From positions 5,159,822 to 5,223,821 of the forward strand of contig CM119267.1 in assembly GCA_051294375.1 (NCBI GenBank): a DNA stretch of 64,000 nt. Direction: 5' to 3'. Within the stretch, counting starts at the first letter, position 1. The number at the start of each line of letters is the position of its first letter. Under the pieces are notes generated by a model. That model searched no databases. It was not told the origin of the DNA and saw only the letters and a list, made by a program, of their open reading frames with translations. Shown here in pieces: positions 49,301 to 60,638 of this stretch. Both the position numbers and the translations under genes were made by a program. The DNA is from Paraspadella gotoi. Its lineage: Eukaryota > Animalia > Chaetognatha.

Positions 49301-52300
49301 CGCTAAACGGACCCCCTGCTAAAGGGCCCTCCGCCCGCTAAACGGACCCCTGTTATAAGGGGCCCTCCGCCGCCCTAAACGGTACCCCTGTAAAGGGCCC
49401 TCCGCCGGCCTAAACGGACCCCTGCTAAGCCCCTCGCCGCCTTAAACGACCCCTGCTAAAGGGCCCTCCGCCGCAAGGGTCCAGTCGACAATGAGAAGTC
49501 GTTTTGCATTGAATCCAAGTTTGATCAGGGGAGAGGGAAACGGCTAAACCCAGGGTCTTTTGCGTGTTGACTGCGTCCCTTCGAAGGTCTTCCGCGAGAT
49601 CATCCTCTCCCATCAAAGCCACGAGGTTGCTTTATCTTTGCTTTTTTTGAATTTTCAATTGTTTACTTCTTCTCAAATTTTCAGGTCTCACTGTGTTAAT
49701 TTGTGCCTGTTTAATTTTAATTTCAGATAATAATTTGAAATATTAAAGTCTTTCGCTTTAAATTCGATTTTTATTGTTTCTAAAGGATACAAAATCCATT
49801 CAGCGAAAGGTCTCGCTCGATTCCATGGAGTGTGTTCACCAAAGCGTCAACTCGGTCCCTCCTCGCCGCCGCAAAAACAAGGAAGCGAGATGACTTGATT
49901 TCCCGATCAGGATAACTCTCGGTTCCAAAGGACGAGGGTACCGCATTTACGATCATTGAAAACATCGGCGCGGACGTACGAGGAAGGGACGTACCTTCCT
50001 TGGAAAGAAGTCGGTTCCGTGAAGTAACAAACCAAGTTCCTTCCGTCCTGAACGTTTCTTCGACCCTTGAATAGGACCATCGGCCTAACGGGCGTCGGAC
50101 AGTCCCCTCGTTTCCTCCACTCCATGACGTAAGGCGAATCGAGCTCAAGTCTTTAGTCGGAAGCCCGCGAAAGGCGTTAACCCAATAAAAATAGCTTATC
50201 TATTTCGGGCATGACTTCCGAGGACATCTTGAGCATGGCGATCGCGGTCTATCCGAGGGTTCGAGGAATCCCTCGGTGTCCTGACATTCGATTTGCGGCG
50301 AAAGACGCTTTTTACCTTATCCAAAAAGATTAAAGGCCAAAAAGAGATAGGGCGTCAGATGGAGGAGGTCGGTCGGGTCGTTCGGAACCGAATCGCGTTC
50401 GATCCTCTCGAGTATGATTTGGCCAGCGACGGGAAGGGACGATATCCGCGAGAGATGAGCGGGTAGCGGAGGGGGGCTTCCGAACGGATCGAACAAAGGA
50501 ATCCGGCATGTTAGACGACGATTTGTCCAAACTGCGGATGGAGCGACGTCGAATGATGAGACGCGTTGCGATCGAGTCGGTCGGAAAAGAAGGGATCAGA
50601 TGTTCAGGACGAAGGATTCGACGTGGGATTGGATAAATGGGGTTTTAGTTTTGACAATTATTTAATTTTTTGAAAAACTATTTAAAAAATTAAAAAATCT
50701 TTAGTTTAATTAACGGGACGTTCTCAAGCATTAATTAAACCGCGACTTTTTTCGTGTTTTTCGTTCTCCTCAAAAGAAATCCGGCCAAAAGATTGTGATT
50801 CGTCGGAACAACAACACAACAACACGGCGACTAATGAGGAATTTTAAGGCGCCAGACCAACGCCGACGTTTCGAACCCTCCGGTTTCTAGAACCAATCGG
50901 CAAAAGGCGGCTCCGCTCCTTCCCGCCGAGATGTTCGTCCCACAAAAGTCAAAAGGGCCGCCGAAGAAACGCGCCGCCGCTTGCCGCACCGCCCATCGAA
51001 AGCAGCGATAGATTCGGACGGACCCCGCCGTTCCAAGCGAAACGAGAAACGGAAAAACTTCGTTCGCGGCATACGTCGCATCTATAAATGGGAAAGAGGT
51101 TTTAGGATCAAATCGGCGAGCAGACTCTCTTTGCGAAAATTCAAACATCGATTCGAACATAGGACCGCGGATAAAAAAGAAAGGGAGGAAGGCGGACTGA
51201 GCAAGAAGAGAAGAAGAAAGAATGACTAAAAAATCTGGAAGCCTCGGAGACGGTGGTCGACAACGTTTTTCCACTCTGACAGTGGAGAGGACCGCTGGAG
51301 TACGATCCCGACCCGGAATTGGGTCGAAGTCGTTGACGGCACGTGATCGTGAAGCGACCGCCTATTCCGGCCCAGTCGCCTCCTACGAATACATCTTCCG
51401 TCTAATCGAGGAGAATCCAACAGTGAAGTTTCATAAATGCTTCGAGTCGGTCGTCCCTCGCCGCCGGGACCGTTCGTTCATCGACGTCGGCGGAGCCCCA
51501 AAGAGGTCAGCGCTCGAGAAAAAGGACATGATCTTCTTCTGCGTTTATGGGGTGAAGTAGAGGCGAGGAGTCCACGGAGACGACGATTGCGGTTTACACA
51601 ATGGCGGACGTCCTTCTTCGTCCCTTCCGAAAACGTCTAAGCTAGTCAAAAATCTCGTCGCCCAAAGGATCAGGCCACGCTTCGTTTTTCTTCTTGTCCA
51701 ATCGGATGAGTGGTTGTATTAAAAAGTTCGTTCCAATAGTTATTTATTATCTCTTAATCCGCTCATTCTTTTTTTTGGTTTTTTTTTGTTTATTTTTTTT
51801 CATTTAGTTTAATTTTTTGTGGCTTCAATTCTTACTTATCGTGACTATGTAAGTAAACTTTTATATGATCGATTATGTTATCGTTGTTTCTGAAATTGCC
51901 TTTTTACTATAATACCCTATCAACATCATCAGTCATATCCTTTGTCGGCCTTATGATGTTTTTTTTGATTGTATATGTTAGATATATGTTATATATTTTC
52001 CAAGGACATCTTTTTTCCGTTTTCTAAAAAAAAAATAAAAAAAATGGGGAAAAAACGAGCGGTTCGCGAGTTGCCCATATCCTAGCGGTCTCATCGCGGC
52101 AAACTTTTCACATCCTTCGGCTTTCGCCACCCACAATGGAGGTCTCATTTTGGCCGCCCTCGCCTAACCACGTCGATCTCCTCTCCACAATAAAAGATCG
52201 AGTTAATCTTCGTCAACAGGACGGTGGACGAAGGGCGCTTCTGCTCACCATTCTCCGAGCGTTAATGGAGATCGCCGAGAAATTGGGTCAAGGCCACCAG

Positions 52301-53060
52301 AAAATAAGCTCCAAGGTTTACATGGGGATACGAGGGTTTACTGCCTTTGCGGATAAGGGGCTTTACCTAAGGCTTGGCCTCAAGGGTTGATCCCAAGCTG
52401 CAGTTGGTCGATGTTGATGCATCGCGATCCGAGCCCGTCGATATTGAACAATCATCAAGTACACTCAATGGAAATGTTTTGGCGTTTTTGGCTGTTATTT
52501 TACACTTTTTCTTGAAAAATAACATATCTTTCTTGCTATGTTTTTTCATAATTATTATTTATTTTACCTTTTTCACCTATATTTTTTTTTTTATTCATTT
52601 TGTGAAATTTTGTTTCTGAATTTGCTTTATTTTTACGTTCGTTACCCGAAATATTTGGCCGTTTTGTTTTCTTTGCAACCATCTCTGTTTGAGCATCGCC
52701 TTTTCTCAGGGATGGGAAATTATTTTCTGCGGCCGCCACAGATCCTCAACGCCGAGGGCGCCGACGCTGCGGCTGCGGCGCGGCTGCTTCGTCGAGGACA
52801 ACGTCCAACGGAATCCGCCCTCGAACTACGCGTTGCCATCCCCAGCGCTTTCTCATGTTCCTCGGCAGTCCAGGGAGAGCTATTTCCTCCGAGGGGACGG
52901 GAAAGGGGTTGACTACGCCGCCGTTCAAGACCAGCGCCGCCTCGCGAATACATTAGAACGACGAGGAGGATGGAGGAATGTAGTCGGATCTTTGTTGAGG
53001 CGACTTAGCGCGAAGGTGACGGTGGTGTGTTGTAAGGGGGTGGGGCGACTGCTATAGAAA
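46334..53060 (+). CDS. Frameshift-noisy multi-exon gene; 3' part resembles a PrimPol-like archaeo-eukaryotic primase domain
   Basis: Seven GC-rich, codon-like blocks (~46334-46965, 47260-47702, 48615-49625, 49785-50640, 50770-51710, 52050-52470, 52710-53060) are separated by T-rich intron-like spacers. Ordered motifs RLF..VASYEYIF, HKCFESVVP, FIDV (51477-51488), KGSGH (His 51676-51678) and AFADKGLY (to 52366) compare with human PRIMPOL RIYLVTTYAEFW, HCYEVIP, YFDLE, KFSRH and LFVDLGVY. Exon limits are approximate and frames have to be switched to link the motifs. Confidence 0.42.
48038..48230 (+). mobile_element. tRNA-derived SINE head or decayed tRNA-like sequence (48038-48109) with a GC-rich body
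   Basis: A 72-nt segment GCGGCCA...TGGTCCGC that can pair end to end, with an A-box-like TGTGCCGGAGG, a B-box-like GGGTTCTTAGCC and a CTCCCAA loop. It sits isolated in an AT-rich intron. Confidence 0.4.
49000..49475 (+). repeat. 33-bp minisatellite (~14 units), probably coding (AKRTPAKGPSA)n
   Basis: Unit gctaaacggacccctgctaaagggccctccgcc; the length is a multiple of 3 and it sits inside a GC-rich exon-like block. The 5' units diverge towards AKRTTVKEPAA. Confidence 0.75.
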
Positions 53061-54300
53061 GTGGTATTTAGAGAAATGTCCTCTCGCTCTCTCGCGTTCT
53101 TTACTCGAAAGTGTAACAGAACACACATAAAAATAGTATCCTTTGATACGAGATTTCAGTCCACTGTCCTCTGAATATCAGTCGTGGACATATAACCGGA
53201 ATTATAATAATGATTATCGCTATATCACTCTTCTAATACTACTCAATCTTACGTCGCATCTCATGCTCTGCTCTCTACTTCTACGCTCATCTCTCTCTCT
53301 CTCTATCTCGAGGTTCTCCTCCTACCTCCGTGCCTTCCATCTAAGTCTCTCTCTCTACTCTCCTCTAGTCGCGCTTTCATGCTACCAGGACATCTACTCG
53401 AACATCGTATATAATTATTTATCCTTACTCTCAGCTTTATTTTTCCATGACATCTTTTGTGTCTCCCTCATATTGTCCTCAGTGAAATGAATCCCACGGT
53501 CATGGATTTATAGTTGAATAGGAAGGAAAGTTTTACTTATTATTTAATTTTTCACTTTTTTTATCTTTCTGCCAATCATTTTCAATATCTCTCTACCGCC
53601 CAACTCATTCCTTCTTCATTATTGAATCTAATGCTTTCCATTCTGGATACACTCTTCCATTAGTCACCTACTTCTTTTCGACTCATCGTTTTTTATTCTT
53701 CTTGCAACATCTCTTGAACGAGGCCGCATGTCTCTCGAGTTATCTCGTTATTCCCTGAATCCAGTTGCCATCGAATTCGACTCATTCGCCGCACTCGCCA
53801 TTCGCTAGTCCAGAGCCCGTGGGCTCCTCTGCATCCTCTCGCGCCGACGGTCTCCTCCGTGACCGGCTTTTGGTCTGGTGGTTTTCTTTTCATATATATC
53901 GACGCGCGCGCCCCGGTTCGAATTGGTTGACTGGTCTCGCGGTTGTCGAAGATCATTCGCCGACTACCCTCAATCTACAATGCGACAATCACTCGACTAT
54001 GTGTGTGTGACTAGTGCGTGACTCCGTTTTTCGTCGGCCTATCCTCCTCATATTGCACGATGTGTTTATCTCTCGCTCCCTCATCGGGCGACCCTTATTT
54101 TTATTTATGATAATAGTATTTCACTTTTAGATATAAATCGTTAAGTGCTTTTTGTGCCGTTGTTTCTCTCGAAAAGATCTTGTCAAATATTTTACGATAA
54201 AATATACACCGGTTCTCATGAGCTGCGTGAATCGCGCCAGTTCTCTCACGGCTTATTTATCTTCTTCCTATTACGACATACTTTATAATCAGACCTCCGG

Positions 54301-54334
<34 letters not shown>

Positions 54335-57300
54335 AACATACATCGTGCTCGTCATTCTCTCCCGTCGTGCTCTCTCTCGCTCTTCCTCTTTCTCTCTCTA
54401 CTCTCTCTCTCGTGTCTCCTCCTCTCCGTCTCTCTCTCTCTCTCTTTTCTCTCTCTCCCTGCATGCTCTTCATCGTCATCGTCATCGTCATATCTGTCAT
54501 CAATTCGTTTTCTCTCACAAGTTACCCGGTTTACTTCTTCGTGAGTAGTCAATTGTCTCTTTTATTGTCGTCTTCGTCGTCGTCGTCGCCGTTTCAATAA
54601 TTGTGTTGTTCGTCGTCGTCGTCGTCACAAACGCTTTTCTTCTTCTCGTCGTCGTCGTCGTCGTCGTCTCTCATCGAGACACGCCTCCCGTTTGACCTCA
54701 CGACCTCCGCGTCGCCTGAGTCGGTTTCTATCACTCCCCCCTCACAATCAAACACAATCACCCCTCTCGTCATCTCACTTCACCACTCTCCCCAAACCAC
54801 CTCACTTCACCACTTTCACCTTCACCACTCTCCCCCAGCCACTTCATTTCACNNNNNNNNNNNNNNNNNNNNNNNNNNNNNNNNNNNNNNNNNNNNNNNN
54901 NNNNNNNNNNNNNNNNNNNNNNNNNNNNNNNNNNNNNNNNNNNNNNNNNNNNNNNNNNNNNNNNNNNNNNNNNNNNNNNNNNNNNNNNNNNNNNNNNNNN
55001 NNNNNNNNNNNNNNNNNNNNNNNNNNNNNNNNNNNNNNNNNNNNNNNNNNNNNNNNNNNNNNNNNNNNNNNNNNNNNNNNNNNNNNNNNNNNNNNNNNNN
55101 NNNNNNNNNNGACCCGTCCCGTCATCGGGGACAAGACTAAACCCAATTCGGCGATTTGGGGGAGGACAAGACAACATAATTCCCGTTACTATATACGAAA
55201 TACAACCAATATCAAAATTAATTCCTCATTCAAAAAAAAGCAAAAACTTTCTTACCCCTGATTCGAGACGATCCCTCTTACAAGATAATATAATAAAGCA
55301 AGACCTTGCAAGCTTTCCATTAAGACAATGTTATATAAATAGAAATGTATTCGGTCTTTTTCTCCCATTTGAATTTTAATGAAGAAGCAAACTTATTATT
55401 TTTTACTTTTTATGTAGAGCACAATATTTCGAAGACTTCTGCCTTCATCATTGATGCATGAACAGTTTCCCTTGATTTTATTTTTAAAAAATCCCTAAGG
55501 AAAGGTTTTTACTTTTGCCAATAACAACGATTTTATTATTGGCAGAACAGTACATGTTTCGACTCTAGAATTCGAGTCTTCATCAAAAAACTAAAATAGA
55601 GTTTAAATACAATGTCTACTCATCAAAAAAATCCCTAATAAATTTCTGAACAANNNNNNNNNNNNNNNNNNNNNNNNNNNNNNNNNNNNNNNNNNNNNNN
55701 NNNNNNNNNNNNNNNNNNNNNNNNNNNNNNNNNNNNNNNNNNNNNNNNNNNNNNNNNNNNNNNNNNNNNNNNNNNNNNNNNNNNNNNNNNNNNNNNNNNN
55801 NNNNNNNNNNNNNNNNNNNNNNNNNNNNNNNNNNNNNNNNNNNNNNNNNNNNNNNNNNNNNNNNNNNNNNNNNNNNNNNNNNNNNNNNNNNNNNNNNNNN
55901 NNNNNNNNNNNNNNNNNNNNNNNGGACCGGGCAGAGGAGGGAACGGGCAGAAAGTGAAATCGTCAAGAGGAGAAGGGGAACAAAAAGGAATGTTCCCAGC
56001 CAACCCGAACCCTTCCNNNNNNNNNNNNNNNNNNNNNNNNNNNNNNNNNNNNNNNNNNNNNNNNNNNNNNNNNNNNNNNNNNNNNNNNNNNNNNNNNNNN
56101 NNNNNNNNNNNNNNNNNNNNNNNNNNNNNNNNNNNNNNNNNNNNNNNNNNNNNNNNNNNNNNNNNNNNNNNNNNNNNNNNNNNNNNNNNNNNNNNNNNNN
56201 NNNNNNNNNNNNNNNNNNNNNNNNNNNNNNNNNNNNNNNNNNNNNNNNNNNNNNNNNNNNNNNNNNNNNNNNNNNNNNNNNNNNNNNNNNNNNNNNNNNN
56301 NNNNNNNNNNNNNNNNNNNNNNNNNNNNNNNNNNNNNNNNNNNNNNNNNNNNNNNNNNNNNNNNNNNNNNNNNNNNNNNNNNNNNNNNNNNNNNNNNNNN
56401 NNNNNNNNNNNNNNNNNNNNNNNNNNNNNNNNNNNNNNNNNNNNNNNNNNNNNNNNNNNNNNNNNNNNNNNNNNNNNNNNNNNNNNNNNNNNNNNNNNNN
56501 NNNNNNNNNNNNNNNNNNNNNNNNNNNNNNNNNNNNNNNNNNNNNNNNNNNNNNNNNNNNNNNNNNNNNNNNNNNNNNNNNNNNNNNNNNNNNNNNNNNN
56601 NNNNNNNNNNNNNNNNNNNNNNNNNNNNNNNNNNNNNNNNNNNNNNNNNNNNNNNNNNNNNNNNNNNNNNNNNNNNNNNNNNNNNNNNNNNNNNNNNNNN
56701 NNNNNNNNNNNNNNNNNNNNNNNNNNNNNNNNNNNNNNNNNNNNNNNNNNNNNNNNNNNNNNNNNNNNNNNNNNNNNNNNNNNNNNNNNNNNNNNNNNNN
56801 NNNNNNNNNNNNNNNNNNNNNNNNNNNNNNNNNNNNNNNNNNNNNNNNNNNNNNNNNNNNNNNNNNNNNNNNNNNNNNNNNNNNNNNNNNNNNNNNNNNN
56901 NNNNNNNNNNNNNNNNNNNNNNNTCGATTTTACTAGAACCTAAACGATTTAGGAGAAATGTTATTCAGTCATCATCAACGTTCTAAATATTAGCTATTCT
57001 CTCTCTCTCTCTCGCTCAAGTTCTCTATTTATCGCTCTGTCTCGCTCTCTCTCTCCGAAACAAATTTTGACCTCTCTCGGTTCAGACTGTGACATCATCC
57101 CGAATAAAGCGAACCCTCATCTTCAAACTGACATTAGATCTCTCAACGACGTTCTTCCTCGACTGCGCCATCCAAAGTTCCCTCAGCGCCATATGTAATA
57201 TTTATGGCATCATTGTCATAACAGTGCCATTATTTATGCCATTATTGATGCCCCACAATAAAAACAATTGCAACTTTTGTCACGTAGCATTTGAAAAAAA

Positions 57301-57457
57301 AATTTACCATTTATTAAACACCCAATCCAATTAAAATCAAAATCAGTAAATAAGATACATTATTTAACAATTGCAAAAAAGCTCTGAATAGCAAAAAAAG
57401 AGAATAGCAAATTTTGCTTGAAACAAATAGAGCATACATATATGAGAACTTACGGTA

Positions 57458-57543
57458 ATTCTATTCTATTCTATTCTATTCTATTCTATTCTATTCTATT
57501 CTATTCTATTCTATTCTATTCTATTCTATTCTATTCTATTCTA
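57458..57543. repeat. (TTCTA)n microsatellite
   Basis: Read directly from the sequence. Confidence 0.95.
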
Positions 57544-59289
57544 TAATTCTATTCAATTATCTCGTCGCAAGAAAACCATTTTGTCACCAAAGNNNNNNNN
57601 NNNNNNNNNNNNNNNNNNNNNNNNNNNNNNNNNNNNNNNNNNNNNNNNNNNNNNNNNNNNNNNNNNNNNNNNNNNNNNNNNNNNNNNNNNNNNNNNNNNN
57701 NNNNNNNNNNNNNNNNNNNNNNNNNNNNNNNNNNNNNNNNNNNNNNNNNNNNNNNNNNNNNNNNNNNNNNNNNNNNNNNNNNNNNNNNNNNNNNNNNNNN
57801 NNNNNNNNNNNNNNNNNNNNNNNNNNNNNNNNNNNAGAAGGAGGAGGAGGAGGAGGAGGAGGGAAAAGTGGAAGGGAGAAAAAAGGGAGGAGGAGAGTTT
57901 TTTGGGAGGAGGAAAGGAGAAAAGGAGAGAGGAGGGAATGAAAAGGAGGAAAAAAATGGGATGGGGAAGAGGAAAGAGAGAAAGGGAGATTATGACGAAA
58001 TATTGGATAAGAAGAAAGGAGAGGAGGAGGAAGGAGAAAGAGAATTAAGAAGGAGGAAGGAGGAAAGAGAAGAATGCGATGGAAATAAAAAAGAAAAGAA
58101 GGATCTTAAGATTCCCCAATCGAATGATGATTCTGGACTTAATTGGAGAGAAACGTCATCCACATCGGATTCCAATTTGNNNNNNNNNNNNNNNNNNNNN
58201 NNNNNNNNNNNNNNNNNNNNNNNNNNNNNNNNNNNNNNNNNNNNNNNNNNNNNNNNNNNNNNNNNNNNNNNNNNNNNNNNNNNNNNNNNNNNNNNNNNNN
58301 NNNNNNNNNNNNNNNNNNNNNNNNNNNNNNNNNNNNNNNNNNNNNNNNNNNNNNNNNNNNNNNNNNNNNNNNNNNNNNNNNNNNNNNNNNNNNNNNNNNN
58401 NNNNNNCAAAAATTGGAAAAAAAATAAAATTAAAATAAAATGGAATAAAAACAAAAGAGAATCGCGGGGGAGAGAGCGCCTCTCTCGGCGATATGCGGTA
58501 TTGAAAAATCTTTGCCTTGAGANNNNNNNNNNNNNNNNNNNNNNNNNNNNNNNNNNNNNNNNNNNNNNNNNNNNNNNNNNNNNNNNNNNNNNNNNNNNNN
58601 NNNNNNNNNNNNNNNNNNNNNNNNNNNNNNNNNNNNNNNNGAGTATAAAGAGAAATATCCGAATACAATTAAAGTCTAGAGACTAAAGCGTCAACAATAA
58701 CAAACCAACAACAACAACGACGACAACAACAACGGCAGCTCGGCTTCAATCTAATTATTGATCGATCCCATTTATTTTCACGACGACACTAAATTCGTTG
58801 TTGTTGTTGTTGTTGTCGTCGTCGTTGTAGGCGATCGCGGAAAGAGTGTGTGATTTAGTGTGCGAATGTCACTCGCGATTATTTCTCTCAGTATGCAACG
58901 GGATCGGAGTGTGATAACTCAAGGGAGTAAAAATTCCGAATTATTTTTCGTCGATGTCAACCTTTAAATCCTCGTAAATTGTTTTCCGATACGAATCGAT
59001 TTCATTCCTACGAACTCCGCCAGACTTTTTGAGTTTCTCAACTTTGCAGATTAATCTTTTCAAAAATTCCATATCTTTTCCTTTCTTTCTTTTTTTTTTT
59101 GTTAGCTTTTTTTTCTTTGTTTTTTCATAGTTTCTTTTCCTCCTTTTCCTTTTTTCCTTTTTTCCTCCCTTTTCTTTTCCATCGACGCCATACTTTTTTT
59201 TTCAAATTTCGATGTACATATTTAATCATCCTTCCGAAGGCGGCGTTCGAGGCGCCATCAATATTCACGGATTTTTCGCGTTGCCGAAG

Positions 59290-59445
59290 AGAAAGGAGGG
59301 AGTTAGAGAGGAAAAATAGAGAAGAAGAGAAAGGAGGGAGTTAGAGAAGAAAAATAGAGAAGAAGAGAAAGGAGGGAGTTAGAGAGGAAAAATAGAGAAG
59401 AAGAGAAAGGAGGGAGTTTGAGAGGAAAAATAGAGAAGAAGAGAT
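59290..59445. repeat. 38-bp purine-rich tandem repeat, ~4 units
   Basis: agagaggaaaaatagagaagaagagaaaggagggagtt. Confidence 0.85.
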
Positions 59446-59863
59446 AAGGAAGACGCCTTTTCGGTTTTCTTCTTCACAAACACTTTCCTCATTTTTTTTC
59501 CCTTAATTTTTTTTTTTCTAATCATGTCTTTTGTTTTCTTTTTCTTTTTTTCCTCCGCCATTTTTTTCAAAAATTTTGAGCTAAAAAAAACAAAAACAAA
59601 AATTTGTTTTTCTTTTGATAGAAATTAAATTTAATTTCGTCGTCATTGAAGACTCCAAAAAAGAAAGTGCTCAAAAGAAAGCAAAAAATAAAAGCGACGT
59701 AAACAAAAAATGGCCGCCAGACGTTTGTTAGATGTTGTTAAAAATAGATTTATTTTCGGTTTTTTTTTCCTCCGATAAATAAATAAGAGAGCGTTCACCT
59801 TTGCTTAAGATTTTTTTTTCATATTTTTTTCTCTTACCTTTTAGATTCGCTTTCCGCAAATCT

Positions 59864-59980
<117 letters not shown>

Positions 59981-60059
59981 AAGTGACAATCTCGGATTAA
60001 AAATGCAAATTCGATTAAGACGTCGAAAGAAGAAAAACAATTGAGAATGAGATTCGCGC

Positions 60060-60290
60060 CAGGTGCAGCGAAGGGAGGTGTCAGGTGCAGCGATGAAAAG
60101 TGTCAGATGCAGTGATGGGAAGTGTCAGGTGCAGCGATGGAAAGTGTCAGATGCAGTGATGGGAAGTGTCAGGTGGAGCGATGGAAAGTATCAGATGCAG
60201 TGATGGGAAGTGTCAGGTGTAGTGACGGGAAGTGTCAGGTGTAGTGACGGGTAGTGTCAGGTGTAGCAAAGGGAGATGTCAGGTGCAGGG
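60060..60290. repeat. 22-bp minisatellite (gtgtcaggtgcagcgatggaaa)n, ~10 units
   Basis: Read directly; variants alternate. Confidence 0.9.
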
Positions 60291-60511
60291 AAAAGAAGCA
60301 TCGGGTGCACGATGGTCAGGCACACTTACTTGTTGCGTCGAAAGTAGACATCTGTTTCTATTCCAATACAATATGTCAAATATAAATAGATAAATTTGAA
60401 TAAATTTATTAACAAAATTTTAAAATTGAATATAAAATATCCCAGAATCTTCACCGAATTAAAAAAAATGTAAATTAAAAATAAAGAACTTATCCTTTTT
60501 GCCTCCCGCAG

Positions 60512-60638
60512 CCGCCCCGAAATTCACGTACACCTCACCTTCCATGAACATCGTGAAATTGTACGGACAAGTGACTCTCACATGTCAGGCGAGAGCGATG
60601 CCTCACGCAGCCATTCACTGGTACAAGGATGGCAAGAG
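60512..60638 (+). CDS. Immunoglobulin I-set domain exon (5' part, truncated by gap)
   Basis: Acceptor cctttttgcctcccgcag| in phase 1, typical of Ig exons. APKFT...GQVTLTCQARAMPHAAIHWYKDGK has the A-strand P-x-F, the B-strand Cys and the C-strand WYKDG motif. Confidence 0.9.

Noticed and set aside
49000-49475. 33-bp repeat array as a CRISPR locus
   Set aside because: The units are head-to-tail with no unique spacers, there are no cas genes, and the context is eukaryotic and exon-like.
51465-51640. DNMT3-like motifs (GPF......SP and ..ENV)
   Set aside because: There is no catalytic Cys after SP and no FxGxG motif; the AEP reading explains more motifs in the right order.
53060-54500. ORFs in 53143-54600
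   Set aside because: Very error-rich, low-complexity sequence that is partly a degraded copy of 45867-46308.
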